Assembly (NCBI GenBank): GCA_002633005.1
Contig: NMRA01000062.1
Coordinates: 543,981-607,980, forward strand
Origin: Phoronis australis
Lineage: Eukaryota; Animalia; Phoronida
Direction: 5' to 3'
Length of the DNA: 64,000 nucleotides
This document shows positions 49,931-61,930 of the stretch, piece by piece. A program made the position numbers and the translations under genes. Position 1 is the stretch's first letter. The number at the start of each line of letters is the position of its first letter. The notes beneath the pieces were generated by a model that had not been told where the DNA came from, did no database searches, and saw only the letters and a program-made list of their open reading frames with translations.

Positions 49931-52295
49931 GTTTTACATCGAATTTTGATGATTTATTGGTGTAAAACGATGAATTCAAGCGGCAAGCTGACACCAGTAA
50001 GTGTGTTGTGAACCAGTGAACAGACTGCATTCGAACCTTTGACGTCATTGGTTAATTTCAACGCCTCCGTATGCCGTCAGGTGTCAGGTAAAAAGCTGTA
50101 ATTGCTGTTATAGAGTGGAACTACTCGATCTAAATTGATAAAAACTAGGTTATTTTTTTGGTGGCATTCTCCTTTAACTGTAGAGAAAGACCGCTCACGA
50201 TGAACAAAAAACGTTTTCTGTATGCAATGAGCATGTGTTTTAGTTGAAACCTGCGCTCTTATCTTTTAAGTGAGACACTAATTGTGCAGTAGCAGACGAG
50301 AGAACAAGGATTTGTTGACGTCGCCAGAACAGAGTATGGCATTATTTTGAACACTCTTAAAAGGTGCGTTTGCGAATGGGCCAGGTAGTACCACAGAAGG
50401 CCGGTAAACCCAATGTCACAGCCTCGGAACATCGGCTGTAGTTTTCACGTTAACACGAATACGTGAACATTTGGTAGGGCTTCCAAACCTCCCTAGGGAT
50501 GTCTCGCTTCTCTTGCTCTCCCGGTTGTTCCGTCAAGTTGTTGCAACATACCTTCGCGGAATTGCCAAAAATTCCAAACATTGAATTACGGATTTCAAAT
50601 ACCTTGCAACTTAACAACCTGCTGTTAATTGAAATGAGGTGGCCCAACATGACACCGTTATTTTTATTCCGGTAACAGGCAGTTTTTCATTAATTTCGGG
50701 TTTACATGTTAATGTCTTAAGAGAATCGGTTGGTTTACGGACTTTTTGACTATTAGCAGGAAGAGATAACCAGGAAGGGACAACTAGCTAAACCGCCGTT
50801 TTTGGCCTCCTTCCCCGGTCTAATTTCAGGACTTAAGTTTCGTTTAAAAGGAAACAGATGATTTTATCAGAGAGATTAAAGCTTTTTCTATAGAAGGATA
50901 TCAAAAAACTCACTTTGCAACCTTAAACAGTGGTGTAATTGTACTTTAAAAATATCGACTTCAGAGCACTCAATCGCAACTTCCCACACGCAGTCACGGG
51001 TATTTAAGCTTTTCCGTCGATGTATAGATGGCGCAGTAGTCAAGTACTCCCTCATTTGCATATCAAATTTGCATGTGGGAGTTCTGAGACTCTCGTCAGT
51101 TGTTGGTCGAGCGCTTGAGTGGATAAAGCGGTGACCTCCCACTGAGAGCACGCGCTGATGAAGATACCACTCGATCGCTTCGCAATCAGGAGGTGAAAAC
51201 ACTCTCATGACCGCAGTTCTGAATTCCAGCTAAGCAAGCCCTATTTCGAGGAGCGGACTTTGAATTGTTTTCGTCCCCTGACAGTGGATTGCAGAGATTA
51301 GAATGAGGTCAACATCAAACTTTCTGCGGCTACATGTCGTGTTGACAAAAGTTTGAAGTGTCAGAACCATAGACGGAGCGTGCGGGATGTCATGATTCCT
51401 GTTCTTCAGTTGACGAAAACATTGCTATTGGCATAAAGAATGGCCGTGGGAAATTAATTTTGAGGTGGACACCTGTATCCAAGAATAAATATTAATACTC
51501 TGTAATATCTCATCCTCCGCGTTTCGTTTCTTTTGACGCTGTTTGAGGTTGCGGTATCGTGAAACAACACTGTCGGGAGAGAAGTTGCACCGAATAATTG
51601 GAATTGGCTGCAGTTCTTCCTTTAGAATGCCCGGACTCAACTGTGTCGTTTTCTTGGCAAGTCTCTTGCCTGCCGAAATTTTTCTGAGCATTGAAGACAT
51701 CGGCCTTGCGCCAATCAACCTTTTATCTGCTCAGGCTACAAAAATGTTATGCCTAATTTTCTACCATTTTAGCACACTTTGTGGTTCTGCTACAGTTAGC
51801 ACTGCCATAATCGTATTTCTTAATTCCGCCACAGTATGCATACTTGGAAGTTAGTTTTGCTAGGTGTTGTTCATCATTAAATGCCTCAAATTCCTTGACG
51901 CCATGGACATTTCCGTCAACACAAAACGCACCCTTGCCATTCTTAAAAATTCGTATATATGTGCTATAATTGCTTCAAAGGACCGGCAGTAACCGTGGGT
52001 GGAATGTCGGTAGCTTCGCGACTAAGTATACAACTAACTCCTGTTGAAATTCTCCATACTTCCAAATTCTTGTTTGCAGGTGCTGGTAATTGCCTTCAAT
52101 GGTTTTCATAATAAGAGACTAGAAATGCGAGTTGTCACTGCCTTACATTTTCACTGGCCACCTTGCTACAGTCGACTTGCGCAATAGCCGAATTAGTGTC
52201 CACATTTGTGGTCACGTGCCGGATACAGGCCCATGAGACAAGTTGCAGCAACAAATTCAGTACGAATCTATAAACCCTTTTACACGCACAATTAA

Positions 52296-53585
52296 AGGTG
52301 AAAGCAACCTTTTTTCATGTCACTTTTAGCACAAATAAGGTTCGTTGATTATCCCAGACACATTTTTCACTTAATTGCAACTTTTCGTAATTTGATTAAT
52401 TTCTCGTCATCTACTCCGGAAGTGACGTTTGGGGAGGCAAGAGTTTCGCGCCAATTTCTTTTCATTATAGTCTGACTGTGAGAGCTGTCGAGTGAGTCAT
52501 TGTTCTACCTCGGTTGTGATCAGCTAGGTCGTCGTTTGCTTTTGTTTACAAGTCAGTCAACATGCCACGTCTCACACGCGCTTTGGGTACCTTGCGTCGC
52601 TTTCCGAAGGATGACACACTTCGCGTACTTGGCTAGCTCGTTCATGTGAAGAACGCAGCGTTACCCGTCCACGCAACGTGCAAAGCAGTGGAGGGTTACC
52701 GAGTGTGTGGCAAGCATTTTCTGCCGTCAGATTATGACAGATATGCACGCTGAATTCATGAAGGTCCCTGCAAAACAACGCCTTAAGAAGGGTACCTTAC
52801 CGTCGCTGTCGATTCCCGGCAGTGCTCCGTCGCCAACCCCGAGAATTGCGTTTTTGAAGCGAGAAGCCTCGGGAGCTGTGGCCACTATAAACACTGACTG
52901 GAGGCACTTCATCTGCTGTCACCCGTGCCTCCGAACGTACCCCATTGCGTGCAATTTCGGAAACTAGCAGTGATTCGCCCTGTCTCTGAGCCCAGAGCGT
53001 GTAAGCAGTCCTGCAGCGATGTTGAGTAGTGGGAGTGAATACAGGCCCAGTTCGACACCCAGTGAAGAGGACAGTTCGTCATCCAATGAACAGATCGGTG
53101 AGCCTAAGTTTGATAAGTTTATTGTGGACTTGTATTGGAGCTATTTGGAAGCTGCCAGGTGTGTGGCGAGGGAGTCACACGGAGGGATGCAAGCAATTTG
53201 GGTGCTCAGATCACTCTTCAGTGGGAGTGTGTCGCGGGACACTCGGGCAAGTGGGACAGTTCTTACTCTGTACGTGAGACAATAATGAGTACACACCAGT
53301 GCGCAGCAACAGCGTGACATGTTGACTGACTCCTAAGCAAAAGCAAACGACGACCGAACTTATCACAACCGAGGTAGAACAATGACTGACTCGACTGCTC
53401 TCACAGTCAGACTATATGAAAAGAAATTGGCGCGAAATTCTTGCCTTCCAAAACGTCACTTCCGGAGTAGACAACGAGTAATCAATTAAATTACGAAAAG
53501 CAGTAAATAAGTGAAAAATATGTCTGGGATAATCAACGAACCTTATTTTTGCTAAAAATGACATGAAAAAAGGTTGCCTTCGCCT
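52296..53585 (+). mobile_element. Kolobok-type element copy C with about 280-bp inverted arms, TTAA TSD
   Basis: ttaa|aggtgaaagcaaccttttttcatgtca ... tgacatgaaaaaaggttgccttcgcct|ttaa; arms about 52296-52575 and 53274-53585. Confidence 0.92.
52562..53265 (+). pseudogene. Kolobok transposase N-terminal remnant (THAP plus Cys/His finger)
   Basis: RRFPKDDTLR..., YRVCGKHFLPSDY, RLKKGTLPSL, an acidic linker, KFIV, then LELFGSCQVC...GAQITLQWECVAGHSGKWDSS; frameshifted, with no DDE core. Confidence 0.85.
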
Positions 53586-54930
53586 TTAAACGCGCAAAAC
53601 TGATACTGTATTTCTTAAACCTTTAATTCAATGCTCAAGCTATACAACGAATGCGTGTTGAAACACAACATTGACCTTGGACCAACGATGGACTCCTTGC
53701 ATCAGGACCTTAGTAAGCGGGGGGAGGGCGAGTGCCACCCCAAAAAAATTGCATGCCTCAGGGTCAAACCATGGCAACCGACAAAGGTGTGGGGCTGGGG
53801 AAAGACAAAAAAGAAAGACTTCGAATACTGATCAGAGCGAAAATTCAAGAGAACATTGACAACTCGGTATCAGTGTATGGCTTACCATTTGAGGGCCCTG
53901 GCCAGGACAATTGTTGGGTCTCCGTTTTTGCAGCATAGGTCGTCTAAGTGCCCTTGAAAATGTGCACTTAATCATTCATACATGTATTTCGAAAATTCGA
54001 GAAAATTTGTAAAGCAAAAGTTTTTCGGAGCGTATTAATTCAGTCCAAGTTTTCCAGTGGTCCATAGGCGGTGCACTACAGGGGGGCTGAGGGGGCTTTA
54101 GCCCTCACTTTTTTCAGTACTGCGCCTTCTGTAAACCTCCGGCATGACACTACCAACTACTCATGAGGGGAAGTTGAGATTCCAAATTCATCAAAAACAC
54201 AAAACATTCGTGCACAGCACAGAAGCTGTCTTGTAAGAAATGGCGATGCGTCACTGAACTTAGTTGAAGCCTGAAGGCAAAAATTCGATCCATCATCTGA
54301 CCACCATATCGCAAAGAAGGACCCTAAACGATAACAGGGGTATTTCTTGAATGTGGGGCAGCTCTAAATGCTTTATTGAATTAAAAACTAGACTAATGAA
54401 ATTCAAAAATTTACAAACCGTAGATCAAAAAAGAAGTTCAAGTCATTGCTCATAAATTTGGAAAGATTGTCTTTGCACTTCCTTGATGCTTGTAGTTCCC
54501 AGTATTGTGCAATGAATTTAGGTTCTTTTAGACCGAATCGTTTGCTTGCCATTCCCGTGCACACTGCAAAGGCTGGACACGTTGTGACTCAGTGGCGCAC
54601 CCACGTTAAAAATAAGGTGTAGTCATGCAGTAGAATCCGCGCACAGTGATTGACGGGAAAAGAACTTGAACTGCACTGAGGGGTTGAAGTGTGTGCATTT
54701 TTTGGGACACGCGTTCATTTTCCCAGCCGCCCTGCAGAAGCTGGACCAGTGGCCGTGTTTCAACAAGGAATTTTGATACAGCTCTATAGGCCAAGGATTT
54801 CGGGATCATATCTTTCCAAAAAATCTTCAGGAAATGACCGTATTAAAATGAACTTTTCCCGAAACTGGGTCAAAAAACGACCTTGGAGCCAGAACACGGG
54901 TATAGGTTCGAGTTAAGCCGCACGTCTCGA

Positions 54931-55090
54931 ATGAATCATAGCGGAGCTGACCAGCGACTAGCATTAGTTCGTCGAATTGCGCATGAATCATAGCGGAGCT
55001 GACCAGCGACTAGCATTTAGTTCGTCGAATTGCGCATGAATCATAGCAGAGCTGACCAGCGACTAGCATTAGTTCGTCGAATTGCGCATG
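54931..55090. repeat. 52-bp tandem repeat x3
   Basis: atgaatcatagcggagctgaccagcgactagcattagttcgtcgaattgcgc in three nearly identical copies. Confidence 0.97.
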
Positions 55091-58000
55091 CATGGATCAG
55101 ACTTCCCGGCGACGCCACGACACCGGCCACCGTGGCGGGAGCAGCTAATTTCTTGACTAACACCTGCTTCTAAATCTGGATTTAAGCAAAATGACGAAGT
55201 CCACGCATACACACATGCAAACGTATCCAAATACAATTAAATGTATTTTCATGTGAAACCATTCCATGTTCTTTGAACATTGACTTGTATGAGTTCTTAA
55301 TTTTCTTAGATCTGCCCAATCAGATAGAACTGCGTTTCAAGTCATTCACTATAGGCACTCGAGGGTTCAAATTGGAAGCTCGCGCCGTATGACGTCGTAT
55401 GACGTAGACGACGCGAGCCTCATTTGCATATATTAGTGACATCTGTTGGTTCAAAAAAGAGGATCATGCCCGAGTACATGCCTGGGAAGAGGCATCTTTT
55501 GGAAGGGTAAAACAAGTCATGTTCAAAGCATCCCAGTGCCATTAATATGAAGTCTTTGGGGACAAAAGTGGTGTTATTTTATAGCTAAAGAGTTAAGCTT
55601 TCAAACACTACTTTAACATTTACTTTTGAAATCACCTTTGAAAATACGTTAAAATGCGCTAAAACAGTTGTCCCTTCCTGGTTATCTCTTCCTGCTATTA
55701 GCCAATATTAAAAGAAATTAACGATGTTTCAGTGAACTTGGACGCATTCTGTCATCCGACCTCCAAACAACAAAATGCGCAAGATGGTTTTTACCAATCT
55801 TGAAATGTCTCTCCAAGAAATTGGTATTTCGGGGTTGTTTAAAGTGCTTAAACCACCATTTATGTTATTTTGACCAGTGACTAGATTGTCAACATCAGTA
55901 ACCTTACTTTGCAGCACTGCATATCACGACAGTGAGTCCAATATACCAAAAACGCGAAAATGGAAAAAGTGACCTTAAATGAAAGTACCTTAGTTCCACG
56001 TGAGTGTGACGTATGAACTCACCCAGCGCCAGTGTGTCATGTCCACCAACACGCGTTTCTAACTTCTACCACATGAGCGCTTTTTTGATATCCCGTGGGA
56101 AAGTGAAGAAAATCCACAGCATTTTCAAATACTAACTTGTCACACACAACTCAACATTCTTGTTGTACAATAAACCACGGGAAAACGAGCAGCAATATCT
56201 GACCACTCTTTGCACTAAACACAATAGAAGATGGCTAATGCCGTGATTGGTTGTCCCGATTACACGTAGTATGTATCAACCAATAAATGCTCGTAACTTA
56301 TGATTAGCTAAATAACAAATCGTCAGATAGTATTTCACAGCTGGTCGACTTCTGGAGTTGTATTTTTTAAATATGGAATTGATGATTCTAAGCACTTTAA
56401 TGAAATCCTGTCACATCTTCATCATTTTTCCTCCCGAGGAGGCGGCAACCTGAAACCCGGGTATCAGTCTCTCAGCAAGGGATTTTGTGCCTTCAAAGCA
56501 TGGCCTTAGAGCACTGAACTTTTTCAGAAGTGAACCCTAACAAACTAATCAAGTGAATCTCAACCTTTGGCATATTTTCACGCTCTTAAATAGATGAAAC
56601 TATAAGCGAAGTTTCGAGACGATGTTCCATCAACCCAATTTCGAGGTTCCGAGTTTTTTCCAGATTTTGCCGCATGCTGTACGAGTTTCTTATGTTTCAC
56701 TTGCACGTCCAAAAAGTGATCTTGGTAATGCTTGTTTTTGGCAACTTAAATATCAAAATCATGTACTAAATGCGTAACGCACGTAACGTGAAAGTAACAC
56801 TCTCTCGTGAAATGTTTTTGAAATTCGGGTGTTCAGTGATGTCCCGTGATGGCAGTAGATGACACAATTTGGACTCGGAAATAAGAATAGACGTGCCGTC
56901 ACATAATACTGGGTCTAAAACTTCATGATGACGTCATGCTAAACATTCCTTTACACTGTACGGGTACCCAAGCTTCTTGTGACTGCCTCATCAAGCAAGA
57001 AAGCCCACAAGTCCACGATGACGCGAGAAGGATGGGGTAAAATTCACTACGAGTCGCATTAGTAGCCCCCACATATTGTTTACCTTTTACGGGCCCAGTT
57101 TTACTCCTAGGCCTGACTATCAATTTTATAACATCTCAATGAAATATATTGCTTTTCTGTCGAAACTACACATACTTGGATACATTTCAGTACACCTTCT
57201 CTGGAATCACTGGTTCGAGTAGCATTTAATTAGTACACATACTATGAACAATTGCAATACGTTCTCATTAGAGCAACGCAGTTTACCGATGCACTCCATA
57301 CGTAATTTTAAAGTGAATGCTATATTTTATGTCGCGCTAAATTTATCAAAGATGCAAAATGAATTAATTAGTGCAGCTGTTAGGCGAGATCAACTTAATG
57401 CGTATCTATGTTCATTACGTTGGTTACCATGGCAATGAGGCATATTCCAGCTTAGTAAACTATGAGCAGGTTTGCTTGCTCATGACATTTAAAGCGACTG
57501 TAAACCTGCCTTACACCTCAGAAATTAACTTTAGATTTAGACCTATTACCATCATGAAATTGGTCTCAAATTGTTCCTTTGTCAAATTAGATGTTATTTG
57601 GGGCTTCTTTATCAATTGCTTTGTACCAGGCTGTACAAAGTGGCTTATCACGGCGTGTCAGTTTAGGCACCGATCACGGGCTCAACTGAGGAATAAAGAA
57701 CTTACACTTTCTTAAAAATTCTGAAATTAATTGTCATCTACCTAAGGAACAACTTGAGACCAATGTTGTTGCGTCACTGGCCGAAATCAAAAGTTTACCA
57801 CTTGGGCAGGACGCGGGTTTACAGACGGTTTAAAGTACTGTAGCTGATATTCGCTCGGAAAATATCGGCTTGGTTACTATGACACCGATAGACATTTCAG
57901 TTCGGTGATCAACAAATTTCAAGTGAAGATCGCTGGAAGCACTACTTCCATCAACAGTAAGTATACTGTTATAATTTTGTACTACCAAAATTGAAAGCAA

Positions 58001-59029
58001 GCCTTGACAGCCTGTTTCGCCGAATGCCAGTCGGTTTGATTACAGTAAACTAGTTTCATGAACCTTACTGTGCAACAGAACCTATTCATTTATCAACCGA
58101 ATTTCACCCGCAAAATATCTGGCTACCATTGGCATAGCTAGAGTGGTATGGACATGACAGCCTAATGGATATTTTTATGCTACAAGGAAACACTCCTAGA
58201 AGCATACAATTTACGGTACAGTCTTGGGCGCATTTCAACGCTGCGTGTTGCTCTTGTTCAGCACGAATTCAAACGAGTAAATCGAATTTCCAGAAAACGG
58301 CATTATGGTAAAAGGTTTATCCCATACGTGTTGAATCAGTCGAATGCAATACGGCCATGTGATAATGTTTTCCGTATTCACCTCCCGCACTACTTAAACA
58401 GTGACCTCTGACATGGAGAGTTTAAGAGGTAGGTCAAGGTCGACTGGACGTCTTTAGCAGGTTCGATCATCAAACTTTCCGAATATAGTTTAAAGCAATA
58501 CAGTTCCTGCAGTGTGACTAACACTCAACATGTAACCAGGCCCTAAACCTGGAACAAAACTGTTAATTACAATTTTGTCTCATTTTTCAATTGCTGAATA
58601 CTATGTCGTCTGCAATTCAGGAGCCGATTCCTCGGAAACTACTTATTTAACTATTTCCAGGAAATGTTACAAGTTCACTGCATAGTTTCCGTTGTTTTCA
58701 TCTTTGTTAAGAAATAAATCGATACTTTTGAAACTGTTTCTTTTACAAGAAAAAACTTGCAACCTAACGCGCAAGTACATAAATATTGGATGTGATCCGC
58801 CATGTGAATAGTCTGAGTGAAGTATTTAAAAAATCTGCCGAAAAATGAAAGAAACTTAGGAATTTGAAGCGCATGGGATAAATACAAAACGTACCTCGAT
58901 TGTTGTACATGAAGTTATACCCCACACGACCTTATTCCGCGTATAATGTCTCGTGGGATATTGCTTCATGTACGCCACTTTTGGTACGTTTTGTGTATAT
59001 CTTCATTAATGGAAATGTTCAAAATATGA

Positions 59030-59530
59030 ATGCTACATGCAGACGATGTGGTACTCTTTGCTGAAAAGCCCATAAAACTACTTAGATTTTTAAACCGTCT
59101 TCTCAATTACTGTGACACGTGGGGAATGCTGGTGAATTTTAAAAAGACAGGTAAAGTAGTTCGTGAAGGACGGCCGTTCGGATCCAATGAAAAAATGTTT
59201 TAGAAACTACTTCATTGACATGGTCACTCATTATAAGTAGGCCTACTTTGTTGTGTTTAGGATATAGCATGGAGTGGACAAAGGTTATCCATACACCAAG
59301 GTACCCGCAATATTATCTCTTCCTAAACTGAAGCTTACCTCTAGAAGTCTATTATTATATCAATTTGACAAAACGACACATCACACTTTAAGCTGGTGTG
59401 CAGAAGTGTCGGTATTCGATAAGTGTAGATGTACCGGAAGTGAACAGATAAAATTGTTTAAACTGGCCATAGGTGTAGAAAATACCTGTTCCAATTCTGC
59501 CGCGTTAAACAAATGTGGCCGCTATCAATT
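59030..59530 (+). mobile_element. LINE reverse-transcriptase fragment (RTE-X-like), degenerate
   Basis: LHADDVVLFAE...LNRLLNYCDTWGMLVNFKKT (YADD-type motif) and downstream WCAEV...KLAIGVENTCSNSAALNKCGRY. Confidence 0.8.
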
Positions 59531-59771
59531 TTTTACGGTTATCAGAAGGATCCCGGGTTTGAGTCCCGGTTGGGGCAAAAATCTTTTCGGAGTTTTGTTC
59601 ATTAGGTCACGGGATGTGGCCAACAGGTTGCGTACAATCCAGACTTAAAAATAGGCCTATTCGTGACCTATCAATGGTTCAAGTTTTACAAATTTACATT
59701 ATGTGATGTATTCATACTGAATCAAAATCCTGAAGATGCATTCTAGCAGACGTGAATCTTCTAGTAGCTAA

Positions 59772-59970
59772 GGGCCCGTTCTAAGAAAACTGACTTAGTT
59801 AAGACAAATCTTAAATTTTAGTCAATCATATGATAAAAACTTAAACTTGTCTCAAGTCCGTTTCAAGAACGAGATTTAAGTTTGACTTAAGTTTTGTCTT
59901 AATTTTGACTTACTTGCCGGATCTGGGAGTTTTAAATTTTAGACTTAAGTCAAAAATGAAATAAAGTCAG
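59772..59970. repeat. GACTTAAGT/TTAAGAC motif array, probable MITE arm
   Basis: Begins gggcccgttct and contains many acttaagt palindromes; similar in style to the array near 24750-25345. Confidence 0.4.
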
Positions 59971-61664
59971 TTTATTGGAACGAGCCACTGGTCTCTAATA
60001 GACGCTTCCTTCTAACAGTAGTATATGAAATCATCATGCTAAGATCGTGTAATAACACGATACGAGCGGACGATTGGCTAAGGCGAATGTTATCGTTAGC
60101 TATCTTACAATACCGTGAGTTCACTCGCTGGAGGTCTGAAATAAACAAACGCCGGGTCTCAAATAAACGCCTTCCTCTAATAATAGAGGGCGGGTCTAGA
60201 GCACGTCTGCAAAAAGTAAACGCCCGGTCTACCATGAAGCTTTAGGGTACACATGAGTACCATATACTTTATGTTTGTACAATGCAAAAACGAAGACATG
60301 ATTACACCACAACATCAGGTCTATTCCCGGTATGTATATCTACCATAAACGTGCGGAAAATCATTGCAACACTCAGAAAGTTGTCACATCTGGTAATCTT
60401 TATTATTGACTGAACATTAAAAACTGCCAAATCCTAGCTCGGATTGACGACATACAGAGACACCATTTGCTTTTATTAGTCATGAGAATGAAACGATTAG
60501 GGAGATTTGTGGAATTTGTTATTTAGTGCTGCAAAAATATATATTTACCATCCTGAGAGTGAACTTAAGATATTTACGTACATGTAATAATTTGTACTCC
60601 ATATATATATACCCTGGTAGTGAAAAAAACGACTGATTATTATACAAAAATAATAAATGATTGGTACCACGTCAACAGCAACTGCCCACCATCGGCTGTG
60701 TGTCCCCGGAATGTAGACACCCTCGCCCCCAGTCAGCACCGCTCCTGGGTCCGGCACTTATAGCTACTCACTGAGGACACATAATCCGAACGCGATCTCA
60801 GCGAGTAATTCGTGTACAAATATTGACCCACATTGAGATATAAGACTGAAACGAGGATTACTTACCGTATTAACCTCGCGGGCAAAAGTAATATGAAAAT
60901 TCACAAATAAGAAGAGTTGATTTTTACCCCAATAACAGAAATAAGCTTTTCAGAAATTGATGTTGCAGTGAACTAATTGATTCAGGTTGAATGTAGCCGG
61001 TACAATGACAAATGAAAATCGCTCACTACATTAACAACAAAATACTGCATTGTTGGGTTTTGGTTAGTGAAATTCGGTCAAACCTATTTCATTTGTCTCA
61101 AGGAAGGGAAAGTTCAAATACGCCTACTCAAAGCAATTAGAATCGCACCAGATATCTGAAGTATTTTACTACGTGCCTTGCATGTACTTGTACTTGTACG
61201 CAAAACAACAAGCAAGCGGAACAAGCCGAAAATTACCGAATGAGCGGAGAAAGGACACGACCTTCTGTTTTATCCGTGACGGGAATACCCCAGTTACAAT
61301 GATCTAGCGTAATTGCCTATACGCATTTCCTGGTTATCAAAAGCCTATTAACGCAGAAAGGTTTGTGTCGAGGAAGACGTAGAAAAAAACTTAAGTGAAG
61401 CCAGTAAACGTAAGTTGATATTTTGCTTTTCTCGTCGCTGTAATCTGCCTCTCTTGCAAGCCCCATGGAAGCCTGGCAGAGATTTTCCAGGGCATAGAGA
61501 CCATCGATGAAGCGTTGTCAATTTAATCACAAAAATTCAAAACACCATCGCTGGGAACACAAATATGGCATGGCACTAACAATATCAATGTGAACGGAGG
61601 AGCCGGACTGTTCATCCTAAACCCGCGGGGGACCCTCACTCAGTTATGCGCCCTGCGAAATAGT

Positions 61665-61930
61665 CAGTGGCGGATTTATAGGGGGGAGGGGCATGGTCCC
61701 CCTAAAATTCTCCCAGATACCATTTGACAGTTCGGGGTGCGAATTGCTGACAAGCATATGCGCNTCACAGGCCTTGAAAAGTCCCGTTTACCGTTTTTTT
61801 AGTATTAAGGTCTGCAAATTAACCCGAAAATTCGAGACCCTGCATCCCCTACATTTTAGGCCAGGCGCACGCATGTGGCGAAAATCTGGTTATTCCTGTG
61901 CCCCGGCTGCCCCCCTAACTCAAAATCCTG
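61665..61930 (-). mobile_element. Inverted, end-truncated copy of the 43592-43890 MITE
   Basis: cagtggcggattta...ccccctaaaattct..cagataccatttg...ttctggttattcc-like...ccccctaactcaaaatcctg is the reverse complement of the intron 6 MITE. Confidence 0.8.

Larger units (their letters stand above)
47164..50173 (+). mobile_element. Kolobok-type element copy B (inverted relative to copy A), TTAA TSD
   Basis: ttaa|aggagaatgccatccga ... gtggcattctcct|ttaa; long stretches are reverse-complement homologous to 39591-42052. Confidence 0.88.

Noticed and set aside
51425-51854. Overlapping ORFs of about 100 aa on both strands
   Set aside because: No motif recognised; flanking in-frame stops suggest non-coding or decayed sequence.
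27133-53585. Functional zinc module linking the ZIP transporter with nearby Zn-binding THAP, KolX and CCHC sequences
   Set aside because: The neighbours are broken transposon relics that are common in such genomes; co-location implies no shared function.
54931-55090. CRISPR-like array
   Set aside because: Contiguous tandem units without unique spacers, no cas genes, and eukaryotic context.
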